DNA of 64,000 bases from an uncultured Pseudomonadota bacterium (GCA_964384365.1 CAYLKF010000007.1:10732-74731); one strand, 5' to 3'; shown: positions 28,749 through 38,299, numbered from the stretch's first letter. The notes: generated by a model not told the origin, from the sequence alone. Numbers and translations are program-made.

Positions 28749-29042
28749 CTAAAAACCCAAGTGCTTTTTTCGGTAGAACTCGATCGCATCGGAAGTGATT
28801 TGATACGTTCCATCGGGGACTTTGTCTTTCAAGACTTGGCGAGCCATCAAATCTAAGATCGAGTGGCGAAGTTTTTTTGAAGTCTGAGTTTTTTTCTCCC
28901 AATCTTTTTCTAGAGGAATAGAAATAATAGCGACACAATCTCCGCCCCCCAATTCATAATAGAATTCGAGCTCAACGTTTTCGGCTTTGTAAATCACCGA
29001 TCCTGAACGCCCTTTATTTTTATAAGAAATTTTAGCGCTCAT
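28749..29042 (-). CDS. Hypothetical protein
   Basis: GRSGSVIY..EFYYELGGGDCVAIISIP pattern; ATGA coupling to the DUF4340 gene. Confidence 0.6.
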   Translation of the reverse strand: MSAKISYKNKGRSGSVIYKAENVELEFYYELGGGDCVAIISIPLEKDWEKKTQTSKKLRHSILDLMARQVLKDKVPDGTYQITSDAIEFYRKKHLGF

Positions 29043-29629
29043 TGGCTTAACGAAACGGAGGCTTGCTTTTTCCAATCTTCTGGTAAAGCTCGTAAGGGCC
29101 TTAAAGAATCGGGAATTCGATAAACTTCAGGGCCTGAATCTTCTACTTTTCTCACAAAAGTTTTTCCAGAAACAAGCGGTTTGCCAATCAATAAGCTTGT
29201 GATTTGTTGAGGAGTTTTAAGCTCGATCTTAAAGCCTAAAGCCTCATTTACCTGAAGCTGAGGGTATTGTTCCGGGTGAATCGAAGCGATTTCGTTTTTA
29301 TTCAAATTGGCCAATTGACTGAGAAAATGTTGAATTTTTGCTTCATCAGCCGGGTAAGAAGTTTCTTCTTCGATGCTTGTTTTTCCTTCGGATTGGTCTA
29401 GTTTTTTCTTTAGACTGCTCACTACTTTTTTAAGTTTCCACTCCCCATTTTCTTGGAAAATTAAAATACCATCCAACAGGTATTCAAGACGAATTTCTTG
29501 AATTTGAGTAGTTTGAAGGGGGAACAAGAGATTTTGCGAGGGAGTGGACTTTAAAGAGCGATCGGTAAAGAAGGCACCTAAAAGCACCAAAAAAACGGCA
29601 ACTAAAATATGGAGAGGTCCTGATTTCAT
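29039..29629 (-). CDS. DUF4340-domain protein
   Basis: N-terminal TM anchor; W.L, PAD..KI, LLIGK; follows the GldG-like gene. Confidence 0.7.
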   Translation of the reverse strand: MKSGPLHILVAVFLVLLGAFFTDRSLKSTPSQNLLFPLQTTQIQEIRLEYLLDGILIFQENGEWKLKKVVSSLKKKLDQSEGKTSIEEETSYPADEAKIQHFLSQLANLNKNEIASIHPEQYPQLQVNEALGFKIELKTPQQITSLLIGKPLVSGKTFVRKVEDSGPEVYRIPDSLRPLRALPEDWKKQASVSLSQ

Positions 29630-29631
29630 AA

Positions 29632-31521
29632 TTAGGCAAGATAGAAGCGCTGAATTTTATTTAAGCGCCGTCGATGTAAAAGAAATACAATCATTCCAAA
29701 TCCAAAAAATAAAAAAATCGGTGCAACCGGGCTCAAATATTGAAAAGCTGTTTTTTCTTCTTCATTTTTAAAAGTTCTCAAAATTGATTTTGTTTGTATT
29801 TTTTTACGCAAACTCAAAAGAGGAGTGTTGTTTGTAAAAGAATCGATTTGGTTTAGGAGATAAGAAAGATCTTCAGGAGATCGTGTGAGAGCGCTGTTCT
29901 CCACCCTTTGGGATGAATTAGCAACAAAAAGCCTTGCTTGCGAGGTTTCGCTCAGAAACCCTCGCTGATCTAAGTTGCGCTCCTCTAGTTTTTTGGTTTT
30001 GGTATAAGGTATTTTTTTATCTTTAAAAAAACTTTCAACTTCTCCTTGTTTTAAGATCGAAAACTCTGCCAACGGGGTGTTAAACGAGGGAGGTTCTTTT
30101 TTTAATTCGACTCCATAAGATTGAAGGAGCTCGAATAAGCGGGGTGAACGCCCATTTGGAGTATTACTAAAATCAGCAAAAATGAAGAGGGGCACCTCTC
30201 GAAGAAGGGCCTGATCAAGTTGATAATTTAAACCGTCCGATTCGGGTTGAGTTCCCAAGAGTAAAAGAGCGCTTGTCGTGTGCATATTCTCTTCTTGCTC
30301 GGTATCGATAATTTCCAAATTATAGTAATTCGAGAGAGTTTTAAGAAGAAGGGTGAAAGGCGCCAAATTTTCTCGGGGGTTTGCAATCAATACGCCTATT
30401 TTTTTATTTTCAGTTTCTGCAAATCTTAAAAGACGACTACTCAATTGATACTCAAAGTCTTCAATTTGAGTGATGGGCAGAATTTGAGCTTGATCTTCAT
30501 AAAAGAGATTGAGGCTCAAATTTTCGGCCTCATTTTCTTGAATAAAAAGAGGGAGAGGAGAATGACGTTGATACTCTTTTAGAAAACTCCGAATTTCACG
30601 AGACGCGAGATTTTGTTCAGGGCTTGGGTTTTGGGGAGAACCAATAGAGATCGTTAAGGGATTATGGAGATTTTTCAATATTTTTTGGCTCGTTTTTGAG
30701 AGGGTAAAATTTTGATTGGAACTTAAATCGAGGCGTCTGAAGTGAGAAGCCGTGATGAGGTTGAAGAGTAGAAGATTCACGATCAGGAGCGAGGTGAAAA
30801 TTCCCCAGTAAAGCGGGCGATATTGATTTCGTTTTACAAACAAAAAGTTGAGGTAAAGAAAAAAAACAATAAAGCTCAAGAAGTAGAATAAATCGCGGCT
30901 ATCTAAAACCCCGCGGGAAATATTTTGAAAGTGAAAGGAAAGATCGAAGGCTTGCAAGGAGAAGTATAAAACAGGGGCAGTATTAAAAATGAAATCGTTT
31001 CCCAGATTTAAAAAGATCTGGGCAGTCAAAAAACCAAGCAAAAAACCGGGTAGGCGATAGGAGCTAATCGAGGAGGCCCATAAACCAATCGCGGCAAAGC
31101 TTGCTTCTAAAAAGAGTGACGCAAGAAAGAGGGAGGCGGGTTTGTCCCAATCGGCGGTTTTGAAAACTCCGAAGAGAGGAATAAAACTAAGTGCTGACAA
31201 GAGAGTAAGCACCCCCACCGTAACTAAAAATTTTGCCAGGATGCTTTGCCATTCTGAAACGGGCAAACTTTTCAAAACTTCTTGAGTGCCGTTTTTTTTC
31301 TCATCAGCCCATTCGCCCATCGTGAGAAGAAGAGTTAAAAGGAGCGTTTCAAAAATAAAAACTCGAGTCCATTTTTCGATGCTGCTTGGGGCATCGTTGA
31401 AGAAAAAATAAGAAAAACAACAACTCGAGATGCTCAAGAATAAAAACCCGTAGATGAAGAAAGAACGAGAAAAGAAAAGTATTTCGAATTCTTTTTTGAT
31501 TAAGACTCTAAAGGTAGACAT
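29632..31521 (-). CDS. GldF-GldG-like fused ABC permease/auxiliary protein
   Basis: IKKEF..LF, TMGEWADEKKNGTQEVL, RGVLDSRDLFYF, RLDLSSNQNFTLS; ATG 31521 preferred (ORF extends to 31581). Confidence 0.75.
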   Translation of the reverse strand: MSTFRVLIKKEFEILFFSRSFFIYGFLFLSISSCCFSYFFFNDAPSSIEKWTRVFIFETLLLTLLLTMGEWADEKKNGTQEVLKSLPVSEWQSILAKFLVTVGVLTLLSALSFIPLFGVFKTADWDKPASLFLASLFLEASFAAIGLWASSISSYRLPGFLLGFLTAQIFLNLGNDFIFNTAPVLYFSLQAFDLSFHFQNISRGVLDSRDLFYFLSFIVFFLYLNFLFVKRNQYRPLYWGIFTSLLIVNLLLFNLITASHFRRLDLSSNQNFTLSKTSQKILKNLHNPLTISIGSPQNPSPEQNLASREIRSFLKEYQRHSPLPLFIQENEAENLSLNLFYEDQAQILPITQIEDFEYQLSSRLLRFAETENKKIGVLIANPRENLAPFTLLLKTLSNYYNLEIIDTEQEENMHTTSALLLLGTQPESDGLNYQLDQALLREVPLFIFADFSNTPNGRSPRLFELLQSYGVELKKEPPSFNTPLAEFSILKQGEVESFFKDKKIPYTKTKKLEERNLDQRGFLSETSQARLFVANSSQRVENSALTRSPEDLSYLLNQIDSFTNNTPLLSLRKKIQTKSILRTFKNEEEKTAFQYLSPVAPIFLFFGFGMIVFLLHRRRLNKIQRFYLA

Positions 31522-32468
31522 AACTTCAGGAATACATCCTCTAAGGTTTTTTGTTTCTTGCTGAGCTCTGTTAAACTCCAACCATAACGGAGAACAGTCT
31601 GAAAAATTTTCTCGCCAAGATCTTCTGCGTGAGGGGCGATAAATTCCAAAGAATGGAGGCGGTTTTCACTGTGTTCGATCAAGATTTCTTGGGCGCCCAC
31701 TTCTTGGCGGAGTTTGCTTTCAATTTCTAAAAGATCTCCACGAATTTTGAGGTGATAGATATTTTGCGCTTCAAATTCCGAGGTGATTTCTTGAGGTTTG
31801 CCCGAAACAATAATCTTACCCTCGTGCATCAAAAGAATTTGAGAACAACTTTTCTCCAGTTCTTGGAGGCTTGCACTGGCCACAATCACCGTTTTTTTAC
31901 GACTGAGTTGCTTGATCAGATTCCAGATTTCAAAGGCATGATGAGAATCTAAGCCAGTAGTGGGTTCATCTAAAATCAAAAGTTCAGGATCTGAGAGCAG
32001 AGCTTGAGCCAAGCCCAAGAGCTGTGTTTGAGCCTTTGAAAGTGAAGAAATTTTTTCTTTGAGAATTTTTTGCAAACCAAAAAGAGGAATAATTTCTTTC
32101 AGGCGAGTTTTAAGCTGAGCAGATGTAAGCCGTTTTAATTTTCCGTGAAGTTCAAGTGAAGAATAAACGCTTAAGTTTTTCCAGAGCGGATTTGTTTCAG
32201 AGAGGTAACTTAAGTTTTGGTAAATTTTTTTACTGTTTGAAGAATAATCTTGATCAAAAATTTTAACCTGGCCTGCGCTCGGAGTATCGAGCCCCGCCAA
32301 GATCTTGAGAAGGGTCGATTTGCCAGCGCCCTTCGGTCCAAAAAAACCAACGATTTCATTTTTTGAAATTCGAAAATTCAGTTTACGAAGCGCATGCGTG
32401 TGGCCGAATTTTTTAGTGAGCTCTTGCACCTCGATGCAAAAATTTTGGGGAGAACCAGATTCGGTCAT
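31500..32468 (-). CDS. GldA-like ABC ATP-binding protein (degenerate motifs)
   Basis: GPKGAGKST, ILDEPTTGLD; signature reads LSKAQ and H-loop reads ASASL; ATG 32468. Confidence 0.8.
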   Translation of the reverse strand: MTESGSPQNFCIEVQELTKKFGHTHALRKLNFRISKNEIVGFFGPKGAGKSTLLKILAGLDTPSAGQVKIFDQDYSSNSKKIYQNLSYLSETNPLWKNLSVYSSLELHGKLKRLTSAQLKTRLKEIIPLFGLQKILKEKISSLSKAQTQLLGLAQALLSDPELLILDEPTTGLDSHHAFEIWNLIKQLSRKKTVIVASASLQELEKSCSQILLMHEGKIIVSGKPQEITSEFEAQNIYHLKIRGDLLEIESKLRQEVGAQEILIEHSENRLHSLEFIAPHAEDLGEKIFQTVLRYGWSLTELSKKQKTLEDVFLKLCLPLES

Positions 32469-32533
32469 GAAGAAAACAGATACAGTGATTTCAAAAAAAG
32501 TCCAGCATCGAGTACAAAAATTTATTTTTTTAT

Positions 32534-32673
32534 GAGTATCCGGTCTGCATTTCCTCAGTTCAGACAAAACTGCACCGCAAGGAAAAAATGCTCTGGATTC
32601 GAAAGTCTAATATTTTTAAGAGTCGATAAGTTCGGTGCTTTGTCTTCACTTCAAAAATACAGACCGGATACTC
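32534..32673 (-). repeat. Family-1 structured repeat, copy C (140 bp)
   Basis: 19-bp arms GAGTATCCGGTCTG(C/T)ATTT (1 G.U on minus strand). Inner stem AGACAAA-GCACCG/CGGTGC-AGT-TTTGTCT. Confidence 0.85.
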
Positions 32674-32689
32674 CATCGAGGTAAAATAA

Positions 32690-33397
32690 TTATTTCTTAC
32701 CGTTTGAAACGAGTCGCAAATACATTTTGGCAGATTCTTGGTGGGGGTTTGCTTTCAGTGCAGCTTCCCAGGTTTTGACGGCTTGCGCGTGCTGGCCTTT
32801 GCCGTAGTAGGTGACGCCGAGTTGCACACGGGCATCATGATAGTGAGAGTTTTGTTTGACAACTTGATTTAAGATTTTGATCGCTTCGTTGTGTTTGCCC
32901 GCTTCACGGGTAGAGATGGCGAGCTTTGTATGGATATCTAAAAATTTAGGGCCGAGTTCGAGAGCTCTTTTATACTGGCCAATCGCTTCTTGGTGAAGCC
33001 CGATTCCTTCGTAAATGTCACCCAGCTCAGCGTGTTTGTTGGCGAGCTTGTTTTTTAAAAACGGGTCAATTTTCTCTTTTTTCTTTTTTGCTGTTTTGGG
33101 GTGAACCCGTGAGTAAAGGGCGGCTGCTTTTTTGTATTGGCCTAAGTCATTATACAAAACGGCCAAGTTTAAAAGAGCTTCGGTATAATTCGGGTTAATC
33201 TTGATTGCTTTTTCGAGGCATTCGATCGATCGGCTAAATTCACCGGTGGAGTGATAAATCACGCCCAGCATATTATAAACATCTGCAAAATGTTTTTTTG
33301 ATTTGAGCAAGGCCAAAAAACACTTCTCGGCTTTTTCATAATCTTTACTTTTAAAATATTTTCGGCCTTCTAAAAAATAATTCAGTGTGTTTTCCAT
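32690..33397 (-). CDS. TPR-repeat protein
   Basis: Repeated TPR units (ADVYNMLGVIY, INPNYTEALLNLAV, DARVQLGVTY). Confidence 0.85.
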   Translation of the reverse strand: MENTLNYFLEGRKYFKSKDYEKAEKCFLALLKSKKHFADVYNMLGVIYHSTGEFSRSIECLEKAIKINPNYTEALLNLAVLYNDLGQYKKAAALYSRVHPKTAKKKKEKIDPFLKNKLANKHAELGDIYEGIGLHQEAIGQYKRALELGPKFLDIHTKLAISTREAGKHNEAIKILNQVVKQNSHYHDARVQLGVTYYGKGQHAQAVKTWEAALKANPHQESAKMYLRLVSNGKK

Positions 33398-33401
33398 AAA
33401 A

Positions 33402-34175
33402 TTATCCCTCCGATTTAACTTCTTTTAGCACATCTTTTGTTTTTGAGCTCTTTGGAAATTTCGATTTCATAAGTTCGGCAACGAGTTTTGCTTCGTCGGT
33501 TAAGCCCAAGCGCCAGTAAGAAGTTGCAATGTAGTAAAGTGCGCTCTCATCGAGGCCCAAGCCGGAAAATTTGTTAAAGATCTCTTCGAAGCGGGGAATC
33601 GCTGCTCGATATTCGCCGGATTTGTAGTAGAACTTTCCGATGTAGAGATGGCGTTTGGCAATCAATCGGCGGGCTTCATCGTGCTTAATCTTCGACATTT
33701 TTGCGTAAGGAGAATCGGGGAATTGATTAAACACGATTGCAAAGGCCTCAACTGCAGCCGGCAGGTTTTCTTGGTCGCGATCAATCTGTTTGGGGGTATC
33801 GTGCAAATAAGCCAACCCCATTCGATAGTAAGCATAATCGAGTTTGGGGCTTGTGGGGTGAAGTTTGGTGAAGAGCTGATAAGTTTCTGCTGCTAAAAGG
33901 TATTCTTTCTTTCGAAAATAAGCATCGGCGATGCGAAGCTCGGCATCCAATACATAAGGAGTATTCGAAAACCGGCTTTTGAAAATTTCTAGACAATCAA
34001 TGGCTTGTTGGAATTTTTTTCTGGTGGAGAGTTGCACGCATTTCGCAAAGGCTTGTTGGGCGTTTTCTCGACCCGTAAAATTAAACCCTTTGGTTTGTTT
34101 GTGGCAAGCAGGGGTCAGAATCAAAAGAGGAAGAAGGGTATAGAGTATTTTAGTCGACTTAAGCATGGGGGGCAT
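33402..34175 (-). CDS. bamD: Outer membrane assembly lipoprotein BamD
   Basis: Lipobox TPAC; AELRIADAYF, F.KLHPTSP, DRDQ, HLYIGKFYYK, AAIPRF. Confidence 0.9.
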   Translation of the reverse strand: MPPMLKSTKILYTLLPLLILTPACHKQTKGFNFTGRENAQQAFAKCVQLSTRKKFQQAIDCLEIFKSRFSNTPYVLDAELRIADAYFRKKEYLLAAETYQLFTKLHPTSPKLDYAYYRMGLAYLHDTPKQIDRDQENLPAAVEAFAIVFNQFPDSPYAKMSKIKHDEARRLIAKRHLYIGKFYYKSGEYRAAIPRFEEIFNKFSGLGLDESALYYIATSYWRLGLTDEAKLVAELMKSKFPKSSKTKDVLKEVKSEG

Positions 34176-34298
34176 CCTATAAAAAATGTTTAAGGAAGTT
34201 CAAGTTTATTAAAAATGAAAGTTTTTTTTCTAGCCCTACATTGACAGCTGATTTGAAGAAGCATATTTTTTAGCCAAATTATTGAGGAGGAGAACCTT

Positions 34299-34736
34299 AT
34301 GAAAGACGAACAAGAAGAAAATGGCCCTATTAAAATTAATGATCATCGACGTTTCAACCCCGATGGAAGTTTAAAAGCCGATCTTTCCCCTGAAACACCT
34401 CGTTCCGAACCCATTTCTTCTCCCGAGCCCCCTTCAGCCCCTCGCTTGAGCTCAGAGCCTCCGCATTCTGCCCCTCCAAGCGAGATGGAATCGAATTTCG
34501 CCAATTTTATCTTAAGTTTGGCGGGCTCTGCTCAAATGAATTTAGGTCTTATGCCTAATCCTTATACGCAACAAATTGAAAAAGATTTAGACCAAGCTAA
34601 GCAGACGATCGATTTATTAGGGATGCTCCAGAAAAAAACCAAAGGAAACCTCGATGCCCAAGAGGCTCAATTGATCGAGGTGGTTCTTTCCGATTTAAGA
34701 CTTCGCTTCGTGGAGGAAAAAAAGAATGCCAAATAA
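34299..34736 (+). CDS. DUF1844-domain protein
   Basis: F.NFILSLAGSAQMNLGLMPNP...AKQTIDLLGMLQKKTKGNL; SD GAGGAG. Confidence 0.85.
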   Translation: MKDEQEENGPIKINDHRRFNPDGSLKADLSPETPRSEPISSPEPPSAPRLSSEPPHSAPPSEMESNFANFILSLAGSAQMNLGLMPNPYTQQIEKDLDQAKQTIDLLGMLQKKTKGNLDAQEAQLIEVVLSDLRLRFVEEKKNAK

Positions 34737-36186
34737 ACCCTATTCGCGTCGTACTTTAATTATTAGCGTTTTAGTCTCGGCCCTAGCGGGTCTTTTCTTT
34801 GCTTGTAAACTTGATTTAACCCAAAAAACTCAGGCGACAGATGCTAGCCCCCCCGTGGTGAATAATGCCCCCGTGGCTCGAAGCGCGGTGGCGGGTTTGC
34901 CTTCGCTCACCGAGATTGTGCGTAGAATAAAACCGGCGGTGGTGAATATTAGCAGCACAAAAATCATGCATAATCGCCCCATGGCCCGCCGTGGAGGGGA
35001 TCCTTTTGGAGAAGATTTTTATCAGCGCTTCTTTGGGGTGCCTCAAGAATATAATCAAAATAGCCTGGGTTCTGGATTTATCATTAACAAAGATGGCACC
35101 ATTCTTACCAATAATCATGTGGTGCAAAATGCCGATGAAATTGTGGTGAAGCTCACCGATGGCCATCAATATCAAGCCAAATTGATTGGAACCGATCCCA
35201 AAACCGATCTTGCGGTGATTCGTATCGAGGGTGGAAAAGGCGATTTTCCCACGGTGCCTTTAGGAAACTCCGATCAACTCGAAGTGGGGGAGTGGGTGAT
35301 TGCGGTTGGAAACCCTTTCGGCTTAGGTCAAACCGTGACCACCGGCATTGTTTCGGCCAAAGGGCGTGTGATTGGAGCTGGGCCTTACGATGATTTTATT
35401 CAAACCGATGCCTCGATTAACCCCGGAAATTCAGGGGGTCCTCTTTTTAATTTAAACGGTGAAGTGATTGGCATTAACACCGCGATTATTGCGAGTGGAC
35501 AAGGTATTGGTTTTGCGATTCCGGTAAACACCGCTAAAAATTTTGCACCTCAGCTTCTGCAAAAAGGCAAGGTGACTCGCGGTTACTTGGGAGTGAATAT
35601 TCAAGATATTACGCCCGAGCTCGCCAAGTCGTTTGGAATTAAAGAAGACGTAGGTGCTTTGGTAGCGGGCGTTGCGCCCGGCGGGCCTGCCGAAAAGGCG
35701 GGATTAGAAGCCGGAGATCTGGTGGTTTCATTTAATGGAAAACCGATTACCGCGTCGCACGATCTACCGGTTTTAGTTTCGCAGTCACCGATTGGTGCAA
35801 AATTGCCCATCGAAGTGGTGAGAAAAGGTCAGCGCAAAAATTTTGTGGTTGAAGTGGGAGAGCTCGAGCAAGCGGAGCGCCAAGTGGTGCAGGCTCAAAA
35901 AGAAATGAGCGAGATGGGAATCTTGGTGCGCGATTTGAGTGCGATTGAACGGAATGAGCTAGGTATTAAAGATAATCGCGGAGTTTTGGTGATTAAGATG
36001 GCTTCCAATAGCCCCGCGGCTTGGATAGGGCTTCGTCCGGGTGATGTGATTTTAGAAGTGAATGAGAACCCTATCCGAAATTTGAGCGACTACACTCAAA
36101 GCTTAGCCAAAACAAAATCCGGCCAAGTGCTCCGGATGTTTGTTAAAAGGGGAAATGCAACGACTTATTTCGCCTTTAAGAAATAG
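34726..36186 (+). CDS. HtrA/DegQ serine protease with two PDZ domains
   Basis: SLGSGFII, TNNHVV, DPKTDLAV, FIQTDASINPGNSGGPL. Confidence 0.95.
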   Translation: MPNKPYSRRTLIISVLVSALAGLFFACKLDLTQKTQATDASPPVVNNAPVARSAVAGLPSLTEIVRRIKPAVVNISSTKIMHNRPMARRGGDPFGEDFYQRFFGVPQEYNQNSLGSGFIINKDGTILTNNHVVQNADEIVVKLTDGHQYQAKLIGTDPKTDLAVIRIEGGKGDFPTVPLGNSDQLEVGEWVIAVGNPFGLGQTVTTGIVSAKGRVIGAGPYDDFIQTDASINPGNSGGPLFNLNGEVIGINTAIIASGQGIGFAIPVNTAKNFAPQLLQKGKVTRGYLGVNIQDITPELAKSFGIKEDVGALVAGVAPGGPAEKAGLEAGDLVVSFNGKPITASHDLPVLVSQSPIGAKLPIEVVRKGQRKNFVVEVGELEQAERQVVQAQKEMSEMGILVRDLSAIERNELGIKDNRGVLVIKMASNSPAAWIGLRPGDVILEVNENPIRNLSDYTQSLAKTKSGQVLRMFVKRGNATTYFAFKK

Positions 36187-36191
36187 TCCGA

Positions 36192-36464
36192 TTAATCTTT
36201 CGCTTCGCAGTTTGCCCAGCCATTGTAATCGATCCAACACTCGGTTTTATCCGGAGTGAAGATCGCTTTTTCTTGGGCGTTCATATCACTGTATCGTTCA
36301 ATTTCTCGGTTTACACTTTTACCGGTAGTAGGGTCTTTATAGTGGAGCAAGAGCAAACCTTGGCTTTCTACATAGCCGGGTTTGCTTAGATCAACGCGTT
36401 CTGCAAACGCATTGCTCGCAAAAAGTAAGCTCAAAGCGATTCCTAGTAAAAGTCCTTTTCTCAT
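36192..36464 (-). CDS. Small secreted hypothetical protein
   Basis: Signal peptide (ASNAFA), SD GGAGGGAG, two Cys near the C-terminus. Confidence 0.65.
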   Translation of the reverse strand: MRKGLLLGIALSLLFASNAFAERVDLSKPGYVESQGLLLLHYKDPTTGKSVNREIERYSDMNAQEKAIFTPDKTECWIDYNGWANCEAKD

Positions 36465-36716
36465 ACTCTCTCCCTCCGTTTGTTTGAATGATCTAAAAAT
36501 TATAAGGGAGAGCCCGCTAATTAGCTACTTCACTTGTTTAGACAGATTTAAACAATCTTTAGCAAAATGCGTGATTTTTGTGTGAATCCACATGATTTCA
36601 AACAGAAGTGATCGGTGTTTGCGATGTTTATGCAAAGCAGAGAGGATGTTTTCTTTTGAATCGAACATAGATCTTGACACCCCCCCTTTTTCTAGAATAA
36701 CCGAATAAATAATTGT

Positions 36717-36803
36717 ATGACTTCTTTTTTCGCACAAATTTGTTGTTACGCTTTAGGCCGCATGGACTGTTGTCTGTCCATGTGTATGCAGCCGATTGCG
36801 TAG
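36717..36803 (+). CDS. Cys-rich leader peptide MTSFFAQICCYALGRMDCCLSMCMQPIA (not in ORF track)
   Basis: Hand translation: 28 aa, 5 Cys (all TGT), 4 Met; 146 nt upstream of the porin-sbp-cysTWA operon. Confidence 0.75.
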   Translation: MTSFFAQICCYALGRMDCCLSMCMQPIA

Positions 36804-36912
36804 CGCGTGCGATTTCTCTTTTTAAATTTCATTAAAAATTTAAATCTCTCCGCGACGATGAATCGGCTTATCCAAATGATTTGCTTTGCCCGTAGTGGGC
36901 CGGTTTTTCGTT
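36745..36912 (+). promoter_or_regulatory. Putative attenuator (alternative 1:2, 2:3, 3:4 pairings)
   Basis: GTTACGC 36745-51/GCGTAGC 36798-804; GCCGATT 36791-97/AATCGGC 36861-67; AATCGGC/GCCGGTT 36899-905 followed by a T tract. Confidence 0.65.
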
Positions 36913-36949
36913 TATTATTTCTGAATAGTGATTAAAGGAGAAAGTTTTC

Positions 36950-38299
36950 ATGCTGAGAAAAATTTTGATTGCGGTTTGTGTATGGGGCACGGCTTTTGTT
37001 GCCTCAGAAAGTTTTAGTGCTACGCAAAAGAAGCATCATGGAAAGCATCATTCGAGTCATAAGCATTACACCAAAGAAGTAAGTGCAGCGGCTGCGACTT
37101 CAGCTCCGGCTCTTGCGCCCGAATCAGCACCTGCGCCGGCTACGAGCGGCGGGGGGTGGTTTGATAAATTTGAGGTGGGTTGGAAACGGGGCCTGGCATT
37201 TATCAGCAAAGATCAAAAGTATTCTTTGAAATTCAGAATTCTTTTGCACCCGCGCTATGAGTTTCAGAGTTATGACGCCGCGTTGGAGAGTAGGGATGAT
37301 CAAAACACTTTCCGTTTGCGTCGACTCCTTCTGTCTTGGGAAGGAAATGCGTTCACCCGAAAACTTGAATATAAAATTCAAGTAAATGCGGTGGCCCAGG
37401 AATGGAAAGATTTTTTAGAAGATGCTTATGTGAATTATCGCTTTAAAGATCTTCTTCAAGTGGAATTTGGGCAATATAAAGTTCCCTATATTCGTCAACA
37501 GATTAATTCTTCAGGACGTCTACAATTCACCGAACGTTCTTTGGCCTCGGAAGAGTTTCGTTGGACAGCCACCGATGCAAGCACCATCACCACTTGCACC
37601 TTGCCGGGCGGGGGAACAGTCAGCGGTAGTGGCATCACCTGCGGTGGTGGTGCAACATCCAGCAGTGTGACAATTTATCCCGAACGTCGATTTCATTATG
37701 ATACAGGGCTTATGCTTCAAGGTCAGGCCTTTGATCGCCGCCTAGAATACTACGCTTCGATTAACAATGGTTCGGGGCCCAATCGTTTAAATGTGAATAA
37801 TGAGTTTCTCTATTTAGGCCGCACGGTTTGGAATATTTTAGGCCAATACGGTTATTCTGAGGCGGATCCCGATTACCTCAATGAACCGGCCTTGTTTGTG
37901 GGGGGGAGTGGTGGTTTTAATTCTCAAGATAATACCCAAACCAAGATTGCCCAGGCGGGCGGTGAAATCGGATTCAAATACAAAGGGGCCTCTCTTCAAG
38001 GCGAGTATTTTTATCGTCATAAAAATCCTCTTGCTGGGCCTACGCGGGGTGATCATGGGTACTATGTGCAAGCGGGTTACACGGTGATTCCAAAACATTT
38101 AGAGCTTGCGGGCCGAGTTTCTCAGGTTTTTTTAGAAGGGCCTCGGAATAATAAATCGGAATATACCGCGGGCATTCACTACTACGTATTCGGGCATGAT
38201 TTGAAATTTCAGGGGGATTACTCGTATTTGCCGACTCAATATACCTCTGGAACGGCAAACGATCACCGAGTAATCGTACAAGTGCAAACCTGGTTCTAG
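36950..38299 (+). CDS. OprO/OprP-family anion porin (sulfate operon)
   Basis: Signal peptide; FRLRR..L.WEG, GQYKVPY, SSGRLQFTERS, GEYF; terminal WF; SD AAAGGAG. Confidence 0.85.
   Translation: MLRKILIAVCVWGTAFVASESFSATQKKHHGKHHSSHKHYTKEVSAAAATSAPALAPESAPAPATSGGGWFDKFEVGWKRGLAFISKDQKYSLKFRILLHPRYEFQSYDAALESRDDQNTFRLRRLLLSWEGNAFTRKLEYKIQVNAVAQEWKDFLEDAYVNYRFKDLLQVEFGQYKVPYIRQQINSSGRLQFTERSLASEEFRWTATDASTITTCTLPGGGTVSGSGITCGGGATSSSVTIYPERRFHYDTGLMLQGQAFDRRLEYYASINNGSGPNRLNVNNEFLYLGRTVWNILGQYGYSEADPDYLNEPALFVGGSGGFNSQDNTQTKIAQAGGEIGFKYKGASLQGEYFYRHKNPLAGPTRGDHGYYVQAGYTVIPKHLELAGRVSQVFLEGPRNNKSEYTAGIHYYVFGHDLKFQGDYSYLPTQYTSGTANDHRVIVQVQTWF

Noticed and set aside
36674-36698. TTGACA...TAGAAT promoter for the Cys leader
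   Set aside because: Spacer is only 13 nt, so it was not called as a promoter; TSS needs mapping.
36525-36737. 70-aa minus-strand ORF
   Set aside because: No SD or recognisable motif; overlaps the regulatory region and leader peptide on the opposite strand.
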